Positions 1 to 11,090 of a DNA stretch of 64,000 nt are shown here, in pieces; within the stretch, counting starts at the first letter, position 1, and the number at the start of each line of letters is the position of its first letter. Source of the DNA: Tubiluchus corallicola. Its lineage: Eukaryota; Animalia; Priapulida. The notes beneath the pieces are model-generated. The model worked only from the letters and a program-made list of their open reading frames with translations, did not search any database and was not told the DNA's origin. The position numbers were made by a program, and so were the translations under genes. The stretch is from assembly GCA_030141605.1 (NCBI GenBank), contig JAQGDQ010000034.1, positions 124,001 through 188,000 of the forward strand, in the 5' to 3' direction.

Positions 1-535
1 CTTTACCTGAATTTTACCTTCTCCCCCAAGGACAGATAGAGGTTGGATATAGGATAATGAAAAATAGCGACAAAATTCGAGTCTCGTTCAATGCCAGTAA
101 TCAGGGTGAAATGATACCTATTAACAACACCCACCCATAGTATAATGTACTAAAAATGTAGCGCTTGTGAGGTTACCATTTGGTATCGTCGCCCAAGCCT
201 TCAAGCCAGAAAATTGATGCCCCAATTAATGCCAGAAAAGAAATGACACAGATTCCCAGCTCAATGTTTGTTGGCAGGAGAATAATAATCTCTCTTATAT
301 AGTTTGTAACTTGTAATACAATCTTCATATAATTTGTAATAACTGTGGGCTTGTGTTATAAAGGGTAAGGGTGGTCAGAGAATAACATCTGTAAAGTCCA
401 GTGGAGAGTACACAATTACATATTGATTTGTTTGAGATTGCCAGTGGATTATCTGTAAGAAATTATACATACTCAGATTTTCGGACTGACATGGACGAGG
501 TATATGCGATAAGATTACTTTGATTTTACTTACAG

Positions 536-621
536 CATGACCATGGGCCCAGAAATGTTGAGCAATTTGCCGTATCAGGAAATGCATTGCCGCCAATTAC
601 ATGAGCAATAGCCAGGGCAAC
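536..621 (+). pseudogene. Exon-like segment upstream of the array (HDHGPRNVEQFAVSGNALPPIT*AIARA), phase 0 to 2, one in-frame TGA
   Basis: Acceptor ttacttacag| and donor |gtaagt. The LPPI motif resembles LPPL in the repeated cassette, and the phase-2 end fits the cassette's phase-2 start. Confidence 0.3.
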
Positions 622-2488
622 GTAAGTGTTATTGCCATTACTGTTGTTGTGGTTCGTGTTGTTATGATACTTCTCATGCTGCTCTAGTGCATTTTGTTTT
701 TGTTGCAAATTTAACACAACACAATTTTTTATTACTGATGCCGGACAAGAAGTGGAAAATGAAGAATTTCGAGTAGTCAATCCGATTTTGGACAAGTCGG
801 GTTCTAATCTAAGTTATGTTACTATTAATATTCAAGCTGTATTATAGACCCCATGTTTTTCAGAAATGCAAAAAATACAATAATAATAAATTTTGTTTTT
901 CTGTTACTAAATTTGACAGGGAGAATGATAGAAAAAGGAGGGCGACCCGAAATAAATTGTTACAAAAAATTTCTTAGTTCGATTGAGTTATAACTTACGT
1001 GCTTTTAAGTAACTAATATCAAAAATTATACAAAATCAACCTAAGCCATTTGTCCCAAATACATGAAATTCACAATAGCTGCTAAATACGGAAGAGACTC
1101 TGAGGAAGAAGGCAGAAACTGCCGTGGTCCAAATAGTCGAGGGCAGCTTTTAGATCCACATGGGCTACCACTAACCGGGTCAGGATCCCGAGGTCCAGAG
1201 TACACAAAGTAGTGGAGTATTAAACGTTAAAGCCAGCTTGTTAGGGACAGCACCTGGAGAAGAGGAGAGATTTTCTAATGACGTGAGTAAAAGTTTTGGG
1301 CAGCATAGACAGGAGGTTGATGGTGCAACAAGTGCAATTGTGTGTGCAGTTACCTTTGCTTTGCGAAAGAAGGTGCTGTGGTTGTCTTTCAAGTCAGAAG
1401 CCACAGTGTCAAAATATTGACAACAGGTTCGAGACAGTTCCAGAAGACGTCTTGAACATGTTTACAGTAATTGGCAACTTGAAAACTACATCTTCCAGTG
1501 CGTGCAGATATGTATCAGGATTTCCGAAAAACATGATTGAAACACTGAAAAAATGAATTATTGCACGTATTACTAACTAATTTACGCTACTTTTTGAAAC
1601 AAAGGATGCACTAGATGTTAAGGAACATCTATTATGTATCCAAATCTTTACCTTCGCTATTCCGTGTTCGGAATGAGTTGAAAACTGATGATAGTGTTTT
1701 GAATTGTTCTGTCACTGGAATCAAAATGGCCGACTTCCACCTTGGTCAGTGATGGAATATCCCCTGTATTATGACGTCATAAAGTAGTTCCCACGGATGG
1801 TTATGCTAAAAATAGCATTGGAACAATTTACCCCTGTGACTTTTAGCCCCACCCTCCCCTATTTATATTTTGTATTTTTATTTTTATCTTGTTTTTAGTT
1901 TTTGCCAGGCATCCAGATCTGTAAAGTTTCGCTATGTTAAATCATACTTCGTTATAGTGTTTACTGTTTAGAAAAGCATGCTTTTGTTTTGTGGTTTTTG
2001 CCAGCCTATTGGAAAAGAAAAATACCTGTGTGTTAGAGGTCTAGTAACCTTTATCATAAGCTATAGTGACAATAAGCTGAGCAACTGTTTAAGTTTTTTA
2101 CCAGAGCCAACAGCCATAACATTTTTGCCTCTTCGATTATGCAGTTTTGATTTACGGATTGGTTGGTTGGCTAGGGGCTGTCTGTCTGGCCGACTGACTG
2201 CCTGACTGATTTAACAAACAAATGAATGACTATCTGACTGACAAATTGGTTGTTTTCCTGTGTGATTTGACGCAAGCTCAGGAGTGTAAATGTTGCTGCT
2301 TTCCTAATTTCCCAAGCACCCCAAACCAATTTCCAGTGTTGAAGAGGGAAGGAAGTTTGAAATTTTCAGAGAAAACAGACTTGTGCAAGTGCGACTATGT
2401 ACTTTAATGATTTTGTTGCTATACAAGCGAAGCTATTTAATATTATTACGTCAGTGATAATTACTAAGTGTTTTATTTGTATTGACAG

Positions 2489-2632
2489 TCCGATAGAAAC
2501 ACCAAAAGGAGAAAGAACAGCTGTGCCACCCTTAGAGACTGCGAGAAGAAGGAGCTCAGTGACCCCTCCCTGGGAAAACACCTTACGGATCGGCACCCTG
2601 CCGCCATTACATCTGCGCGGCAGGCGGGCCTG
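2489..2632 (+). CDS. Putative cassette exon, copy 1 (PIETPKGERTAVPPLETARRRSSVTPPWENTLRIGTLPPLHLRGRRA), unknown protein
   Basis: Acceptor ttttatttgtattgacag|, donor |gtatgt, 144 nt. GC-rich island in AT-rich flanks. Synonymous differences from copy 2 in this frame (CCC/CCG, AAC/AAT, ACC/ACA). Confidence 0.55.
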
Positions 2633-4647
2633 GTATGTATACAAAATTACTTCTTTTCTCAGTATATTATTTTTTTGTGTTAATTTTTATAAAAAATTGT
2701 CGCTTAGTTTTAAAAAACAGTAAACTAGTTGATTATTGCTTCGGACAGCACCACAGAGACCGAAGATTTTGCTATCTTCCTCTGCTGAGATGTTCCTAAC
2801 TCAAGTCGAAGGTAAGAGGACTGGTACTCTTTGCCCACCCAAGACTGCATTGACATAGACGTAGAACATTTATTTTCTCCAATTAGTTTAACATCAAAAG
2901 TTTTTTTTAAATATTAAGTAATTATAATCATGGAGCAGGGCAGGGAAGGTCCATAGAGTCCTCCTGCCCTTTCTTATAAATAGATTAGTCATATTAAAAA
3001 TTAATATGCAGAAATGCAAAAAATACAATAATAATAAATTTTGTTTTTCTGTTACTAAACTTGACAGGGAGAATGATACAAAAAGGAGGGTGACCCGAAA
3101 TAAATTGTTACAAAAAATTTCTTGGTTCGATTGAGTTGTAACTTACGCGCTTTCAGGTAACTAATATCAAAAATTATACAAAATCAACCTAAGCCATTTG
3201 TTCCAAATACATGTAATTCACAATAGCTGCTAAATACGGAAGAGACTCTGGGGAAGAAGGCAGAAACTGCCGTGGTCTTTGACATGGGTTACCACTAACC
3301 GGGTCAGGATCCCGAGGTCCAGAGTACACAAAGTAGTGGAGTATTAAACGTTAAAGCCAGCTTGTTAGGGACAGCACCTGGAGAAGAGGAGAGATTTTCT
3401 AATGACGTGAGTAAAAGTTTTGGGCAGCATAGACAGGAGGTTGATGGTGCAACAAGCACAATTGTGTGTGCAGTTACCTTTGCTTTGTGAAAGAAGGTGC
3501 TGTGGTTGTCTTTCAAGTCAGAAGCCACAGTGTCAAAATATTGACAACAGGTTCGAGACAGTTCCAGAAGACGTCTTGAACATGTTTACAGTAATTGGCA
3601 ACTTGAAAACTACATCTTCCAGTGCGTGCAGATATGTATCAGGATTTCCGAAAAACATGATTGAAACACTGAAAAAATGAATTATTGCACGTATTACTAA
3701 CTAATTTACGCTACTTTTTGAAACAAAGGATGCACTAGATGTTAAGGAACATCTATTATGTATCCAAATCTTTACCTTCGCTATTCCGTGTTCGGAATGA
3801 GTTGAAAACTGATGATAGTGTTTTGAATTGTTCTGTCACTGGAATCAAAATGGCCGATTTCCACCTTGGTCAGTGATGGAATATCCCCTGTATTATGACG
3901 TCATCAAGTAGTTCCCGCCGATGGCTATGCTAAAAATAGCGTTGTGACAATTTACCCCTGTGACTTTCAGCCCCACCCTCCCCTATTTATATTTTGTATT
4001 TTTATTTATCTTGTTTTTAGTTTTTGCCAGGAATCCAGATCTATAAAGTTTTGCTATGTTAAATTTACTCTTGGTATAGAAAGTGTGAATTGAAGTCGAG
4101 TCAAACTTCGTTATGGTGTTTACTGTTTAGAAAAAGATGCTTTTGTTTTGTGGTTTTTGCCAGCCTGTTGGAAAAGAAAAATACCTGTGTGTTAGAGGTC
4201 TAGTAACCTCTATCATAAGCTACAGTGACAATAAGCTGAGCAACTGTTTAAGTTTTTTACCAGAGCCAACAGCCATAACATTTTTGCCTCTTCGACTATG
4301 CAGTTTTGATTTACGGATTGGTTGGTTGGCTGGGGGCTGTCTGTCTGGCCGACTGACTGCCTGTCTGATTTAACAAACAAATGAATGACTATCTGACTGA
4401 CAAATTGGTTGTTTTCCTGTATGATTTGACACAAGCTCAGGAGTGTAAATGTTGCTGCTTTCCTAATTTCCCAAGCACCCCTAACCAATTTCCAGTGTTG
4501 AAGAGGGAAGGAAGTTTGAAATTTTCAAAGAAAACAGACTTGTGCAAGTGCGACTATGTACTTTAATGATTTTGTTGCTATACAAGCGAAGCTATTTAAT
4601 ATTATTACGTCAGTGATAATTACTAAGTGTTTTATTTGTATTGACAG

Positions 4648-4785
4648 TCCGATAGAAACACCCGAACGAGTAGAACTACCAAGACTGGAACAAGCGAGAA
4701 GAAGGAGCTCAGTGACCCCTCCGTGGGAAAATACATTATGGAGGGGCACCCTGCCGCCATTAAATCTGCGCAGCAGGCGGGCCTG
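4648..4785 (+). CDS. Putative cassette exon, copy 2 (PIETPERVELPRLEQARRRSSVTPPWENTLWRGTLPPLNLRSRRA)
   Basis: Same splice signals as copy 1. 138 nt (6 nt shorter), frame open. Confidence 0.55.
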
Positions 4786-6812
4786 GTATGTATACAAAAT
4801 TACTTCTTTTCTCAGTATATTATTTTTTTGTGGTAATTTTTATAAAAAATTGTCGCTTAGTTTTAAAAAACAGTAAACTAGTTGATTATTGCTTCGGACA
4901 GCACCACAGAGACCGAAGATTTTGCTATCTTCCTCTGCTGAGATGTTGCTAACTCAAGTCGAAGGTAAGAGGACTGGTACTCTTTGCCCACCCAAGACTG
5001 CATTGACATAGACGTAGAACACTTATTTTCTCCAATTAGTTAAACATCAAAAGTTTTTTTTAAATGTTAAGTAATTATAATCATGGAGCAGGGCAGGGAA
5101 GGTCCATAGTCCTCCTGCCCTTTCTTATAAATAGATTAGTCATATTAAATATTAATATGCAGAAATGCAAAAAGACAATAATAATAAATTTTGTTTTTCT
5201 GTTACTAAATTTGACAGGGAGAATGATACAAAAAGGAGCGTGACCCGAAATAAATTGTTACAAAAAATTTCTTAGTTCGATTGAGTTGTAACTTACGCGC
5301 TTTCAGGTAACTAATATTAAAAATTATACAAAGTCAACCTAAGCCATTTGTTCCAAATACATGTAATTCATAATAGCTGCTAAATACGGAAGAGACTCTG
5401 AGGAAAAGGCAGAAACTGCCGTGGTCTTTGACATGGGTTACCACTAACCGGGTCAGGATCCCGAGGTCCAGAGTACACAAAGTAGTGGAGTATTAAACGT
5501 TAAAGCCAGCTTGTTAGGGACAGCACCTGGAGAAGAGGAGAGATTTTCTAATGACGTGAGTAAAAGTTTTGGGCAGCATACACAGGAGGTTGATGGTGCA
5601 ACAAGTGCAATTGTGTGTGCAGTTACCTTTGCTTTGTGAAAGAAGGTGCTGTGGTTGTCTTTCAAGTCAGAAGCCACAGTGTCAAAATATTGACAACAGG
5701 TTCGAGACAGTTCCAGAAGACGTCTTGAACATGTTTACAATAATTGGCAACTTGAAAACTACATCTTCCAGTGCGTGCAGATATGTATCAGGATTTCCGA
5801 AAAACATGATTGAAACACTGAAAAAATGAATTATTGCACGTATTACTAACTAATTTACGCTACTTTTTGAAACAAAGGATGCACTAGATGTTAAGGAACA
5901 TCTATTATGTATCCAAATCTTTACCTTCGCTATTCCGTGTTCGGAATGAGTTGAAAACTGACGATAGTGTTTTGAATTGTTCTGTCACTGGAATCGAAAT
6001 GGCCGACTTCCACCTTGGTCAGTGATGGAATATCCCCTGTATTATGACGTCATAAAGTAGTTCCCACGGATGGTTATGCTAAAAATAGCATTGGAACAAT
6101 TTACCCCTGTGACTTTTAGCCCCACCCTCCCCTATTTATATTTTGTATTTTTATTTTTATCTTGTTTTTAGTTTTTGCCAGGCATCCAGATCTGTAAAGT
6201 TTCGCTATGTTAAATTTACTCTTGGTATAGAAAGTGTGAATTGAAGTCAAGTCATACTTCGTTATAGTGTTTACTGTTTAGAAAAACATGCTTTTGTTTT
6301 GTGGTTTTTGCCAGCCTATTGGAAAAGAAAAATACCTGTGTGTTAGAGGTCTAGTAACCTTTATCATAAGCTATAGTGACAATAAGCTGAGCAACTGTTT
6401 AAGTTTTTTACCAGAGCCAACAGCCATAACATTTTTGCCTCTTCGATTATGCAGTTTTGATTTACGGATTGGTTGGTTGGCTAGGGGCTGTCTGTCTGGC
6501 CGACTGACTGCCTGACTGATTTAACAAACAAATGAATGACTATCTGACTGACTGACTCTGACTGACAAATAGGTTGTTTTCCTGCGTGATTTGACACAAG
6601 CTCAGGAGTGTAAATGTTGCTGCTTTCCTAATTTCCCAAGCACTCCTCACCAATTTCCAGTGTCGAAGATCTAAAGAAGTTTGAAATTTTCAGAGAAAAC
6701 ATACTTGTGCAAGTGCAACTATGTACTTTAATGATTTTGCTGCTATACAAGCTAAGCTATTTAATATTATTACGTCAGTGATAATTATTAAGTGTTTTAT
6801 TTGTATTGACAG

Positions 6813-6959
6813 TCCCATATTAGCACCACTGCCCGGGCAACGCAACCCTAATCGTCCCCCTCAAAGTTCGACAAGAAGGAGCAGTTTGACCCCTCCGTGG
6901 GAACACACAATACGGAGGGGTACCCTGCCGCCGTTACAACTGTGTGACAGGCAGCCCTG
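6813..6959 (+). CDS. Putative cassette exon, copy 3 (PILAPLPGQRNPNRPPQSSTRRSSLTPPWEHTIRRGTLPPLQLCDRQP)
   Basis: Same acceptor, 147 nt, frame open. A ~17 nt deletion weakens the donor to gtactt. Confidence 0.45.
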
Positions 6960-7017
6960 GTACTTTTCTCAGTAGATTATTCTTTTTGTGTTAATTTTTA
7001 TAAAAAATTGTCGTTCA

Positions 7018-8202
7018 GTTTTGAAAAGTGTTCTTTCGGATGTAGTATCAGTTGTGAACTATATACGTGGCCGTGCTTTAAACCATAGGCTTTTCAAAGC
7101 ATTGTGTGCAGAAATGGGAAGCGAACATGAAGTCCTACTGTACCACACCGAGCTGAGGTGGCTATCTCGTGGTTGTGTTATAAATCGCATAATTGAGTTA
7201 CAGAAAGAAATAGAACTATTTCTGGAGGAGAAAAGGCATGATCTCTACCAAAAAATCAAGAACTCTGCTTTTATTCGTTCGGTTGTCGGACATATTCTCG
7301 TTACTGAACGAACTTAACACCTCGATTCAGGGAAATAGTGTGACCATAATTGACGCAAATGAGAAGCTTGTTGCTTTCAAGCAAAAGCTCGACCTCTGGA
7401 AACGTCAAGTGTCTCACAACAACTTCGCAAACTTCCCTTGCCTTGACAGTGTTCTAACAGAGAATGAAGAGTATCCATATCTAAGGAAAGTTATCACCGA
7501 TCACCTTTGTAGTCTGTCAACCTCGTGTGATGGTTATTTCAATGTTGTAAATCTGCATGATGCCAAGGCATGGATTGCAGACCTCTTCAGGTACAATCTG
7601 GATGATATGGACGATGATGACATGCTAAAAGACGATCTACTGGAATTGCATGAAAGCAGCCACCTGAAATATCTTTTCGCTACAACATCCGTAGCTAAAT
7701 TCTGGTGCAATTATGAAGTACGAAAAGCATATGCAGGTTTATCTTCATCAGCTGTTGCAGTGATTGTTCCTTTCATTACGACTTACACGTGAGAATCCGG
7801 ATTTTCCGCCATGGTATCATTAAAAACTAAAGACAGGAATCGATTAGATCTCCGACATGACTTACGCATCGCCCTATCGTCTACAACCCCCCGAATAGAT
7901 CAACTAGTGGTGGATAAACAACAACAAGTGGCACAATAACTGTCTAGCCATCCTTTCCCAAAACAATGTTCAATTTAAATGGCTAACCAGTTACTGATCT
8001 TTGTTTTTCTTTTATGTCAGTTTCCTGTAATCATGTTCATATTCAGCATCAGGTGTATTGGTGCCTTACTTAATAAAGTTGTGTTTCAAATTGAAATTTG
8101 CATTATTTCAGTCATTTTCCTTCCAGGGGTAGAGATGGGGGTTAATGGAGGCACTGAGTGGTCGACTTGGGGTTAACGCTCTAAAAAGGTTGAGAACCGT
8201 TG
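7018..8202 (+). mobile_element. 5'-truncated hAT (Buster/Charlie, ZBED5/SCAND3-like) DNA transposon: frameshifted transposase C-terminal half plus 3' TIR
   Basis: VVNYIRGRALNHRLF...LLYHTELRWLSRG, LSDIFSLLNELN, and the dimerization-domain motif PFITTYT*ESGFSAM...KDRNRLD...LRIALS (stop ~7939). The 3' TIR at 8183-8202 reads CAACGGTTCTCAACCTTTT on the reverse strand, Charlie-type. Confidence 0.92.
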
Positions 8203-9907
8203 GTCCAACGCCTGTAAGTTTGAAGAAAAAAGGCAAAGAACTTACAATAGCAAAATTAGAACTAATGGGAGTTCTCATAGGTATTCGGGCAATGACGTTT
8301 GTGGAAAATCAACTCAAACTCCCTGTGAGTGGTAATACACTATACTGAGATTCACAAGTTGTCCTACAGTGGATTGGTTCAAAAGGCAACTGGAACCTTT
8401 TGTACAAAATAGGGTTCAGGAAATTCAAAAGGCTGAAGCTGTGACATTCAAATATGTCCCCACCAAGCAAAATCTAGCAGATATACTGAGCAGAGGAACA
8501 CATGCACAGAATTTGAGGTCAAATGATGTCTGGTGGACTGGACCACCCTGGCTATTTGAGCCTGTAGAAAAATGGCCAGATTTTGTAGTGCCGACTGAAA
8601 ACCCAGAGCATGACAGAAAACCCGAATCTACAATGATGTTAACCAGTGACAATGTAAAACTACTGAACTGGGAAACGTTACCACTTGAAATGTGTGACGC
8701 TCGATTTTCATCATTTCAGAAAGTACTTCGCGTGACTGTAGTTTGTCTGAAGTTTGTTAAAAGGATTCTCAATATTCGAACAGATGGAGGATTTACAGAT
8801 GAAAACACTGGAGACAGTGTAAGAATGATTTCCGCTCATTCAGAAATAAATGGAGAAGAAACTCGCAGATTATGCAGAAAATTTGTGGTTAAAAAGATTG
8901 CAGGCACAGTATTACAAAGAAGAAAAATGTGCAATTCTTGAGGGAAGAAAAACCACTCTTCAACAACAACTAGGTCTTTTTATGGATTCACCTGGATTAA
9001 TTCGATGTGGTGGCCGATTTTACCAGTCACAAACTGAAGAGAGAGCATATCCAGTGTTGCTTCCCAGAAAACATTGGATTATTAGCTTGATTATAAAGGA
9101 TGTAGCAGTATTACATGGACATACAAACCATATGCTCTCTGAACTCAGACGTAGATATTGGATACCCAAAGCACGTGTTGAAATTAACCAAATATTAAAG
9201 GACTGCATGATTTGCAAAAAACATTCTGGCAGACCATTCTCTCATCCAGCGTTTCCCCCTTTTCAAGAAGAAAAGCTGGCCAGAGCTTTGCCATTTAGCA
9301 TAATTGGAGTGGACTATTTTGGACCAGTTTTCTTGAAGATTGACGCAAATAAGAAGGCATGGTGTGTACTAATAACATGCTAGCTCTGTCGAGCAGGTCA
9401 TCTTGAACTAGTTTTAGATATGACAACTGTGTCTTTTCTAGATGCTTTTCGGCGATTTGTTTCCTGGCAAATCCTGCCCAAGAAAATATTTTCGGACAAT
9501 GCAAAACAATTTCATACTGCTGAAAATTATCTGAAATTTCCATGGAAAATCTGCCTGATGACAAAGAAGTAAATCAGTAATTGAGCTTGCATAGAATAGA
9601 ATGGATATTTGTGCCCAAACTCAGTCCATGGCAAGCAGGGTTTTATGAAAGAATGGTAGCCACAGTCAAATCTGCCTTAAAGAAATCCCTTCGACAAAAA
9701 TCACTAATGGCACAACAAATGGAAACCACAGTTTGCGAAATAGAAGTCTTGGTAAATACCAGACTACTAATTATGTGTCAAATGATCCTGCAGATTGGCA
9801 GCCACTTAGACCAGTAGATTCCTTAAATCCTGGATTTTCAGGAATTTTGCCTGATCCACCATTAATGCCAAAAGATGATCCAGATGTTATCTTAGAAAGA
9901 TTATCAA

Positions 9908-10065
9908 CGAGTGAAAATTTGTCCAAAATCAGAGAAAAGGAAAATCAAATTTTGACGGATTACTGGAATTGATGGTCACATGAAAATCGAGTGAAAATTT
10001 GTCCAAAATCAGAGAAAAGGAAAATCAAATTTTGACGGATTACTGGAATCGATGGTCACATGAAT
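9908..10065 (+). repeat. 80-bp tandem duplication inside BEL pol
   Basis: CGAGTGAAAATTTGTCC...GGTCACATGAA begins at 9908 and again at 9988. The first copy has TGA where the second has CGA. Confidence 0.95.
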
Positions 10066-10747
10066 ACCTACAGTTGTTGTGAGAACGTTTCAGTATTCAT
10101 CACAAATCAGGAAAAGGTGATATTAAACGGCAGCCAGCAGTTGGAGAAGTTGTCTTCATCGAAGAAGAAAACATCCCACGTGGAAACTGGAAACTCAGAA
10201 GAGTAATTCGCTGACATACAGCCGAGATGGGAAAGTGAGATCAGTTAAAGTACAGTTACCATCAAAGAAGTAAACTGACCTGTCAATCTACTGATTCCTC
10301 TGGAAATTTACAGCGAGGAAACCAAAAGCTCATCAGTCGAATCAGAAACCATGGACCAAAGGAAAAGTCAGCAAAGTATCCGAACTAGTTTGCCAAGAAC
10401 ATCCAAGAAGGAAGCTGATAGACAAATCCAGAAACTTGTTAAAGAATATCTGCTGCTTAACATTGTATCTTACAAGTAACATTTTTGTGGTGATCTGATT
10501 TAATTTCAATTTGATTTAATGTGAAGCTTTGCCACATCAGTAACAGATTTGCATATTTAGAGTAATGTGTAGTATAAAAGTAATTTTTCCAGCTCGAATC
10601 TCTCATGTTTTAAAATTTAAAGGAAAAGACAATACATTGTTGTAGTTTGTCAATTCTATTGCTATTTAACGGTAACTCATAACATATTTTAAATGATGTA
10701 ATGGAGATCCTTGTTTTTTTAACATCTTTAACTTCCTCCTCCCCAAG

Positions 10748-10965
10748 TGTTGTGAAGTTGACCAAGTTCACAAGTCACACATGGTTAGCCATGTGGTCAC
10801 TTTGGTATTGAACATGTTAAACATATGTGCAAATGAAAAAAAGTTAGTGTTGAGTGTGTGTTAAATTAAAGCTGTCTTAGTGTGTTATATAGTAGCCTAA
10901 TTGACGTTAACATTAATTACAAAACATGTTTAACTGAAATCACGTGAAAAAAGAAACTCACAACA
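10748..10965 (+). repeat. 3' LTR of the BEL element (218 bp)
   Basis: Perfect terminal inverted repeat TGTTGTGA...TCACAACA, downstream of pol and preceded by a CCTCCCC tract. Confidence 0.75.
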
Positions 10966-11090
10966 GTTTGGAAATGTTAGGTTAGAGGGTATTGCAGGTC
11001 TGTAATATTTGTATAAGTATAAGCAAAAGTGTGTATGTAATGTTATAATGTTGTTACATTATTGTGGTGATGAATTTGTTCTTTCATTAG

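Larger units (their letters stand above)
861..7026 (+). repeat. Tandem array of a ~2.15 kb unit (copy 1 861-3008, copy 2 3009-5159, partial copy 3 5160-~7026)
   Basis: The unit start CAGAAATGCAAAA... recurs at 861, 3009 and 5160. The same ORFs recur three times (1296/3420/5569, 1978/4137/6288, 2397/4556/6721). Copy 3 is cut off by hAT sequence. Confidence 0.97.
8203..10965 (+). mobile_element. BEL/Pao LTR retrotransposon, 3' half (RNase H, integrase, C-terminal domain, 3' LTR), decayed
   Basis: LTIAKLELMG, FVQNRVQEI, YVPTKQNLADILSRG, WWTGPPWL, GLIRCGGR, YWIPKAR...CMICKK, GVDYFGP, PWQAGFYERMV, PRGNWKL. Many stops and frameshifts. Confidence 0.93.

Noticed and set aside
1684-1730. Hammerhead-like CTGATGA-TAGTG...CACTG-GAAT in the repeat unit
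   Set aside because: GAAT instead of GAAA after stem II, and no stem I or stem III partner found.
1180-2407. Short ORFs repeated in each array unit (74, 86, 75 and 61 aa)
   Set aside because: They recur only because the DNA is duplicated. No motifs, and most lack an ATG start.
2489-2632. Alternative phase-0 reading of the cassette (SDRNTKRRKNSC...)
   Set aside because: It is open in copies 1 and 2 but has two stops in copy 3, and core substitutions are mostly non-synonymous in that frame.
2504-6868. CRISPR-like or diversity-generating-retroelement reading of the variable blocks
   Set aside because: Eukaryotic context, 2.1 kb 'repeats', no cas genes or dedicated RT/template repeat, and the variation is not adenine-specific. 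Frame conservation favours a coding exon.
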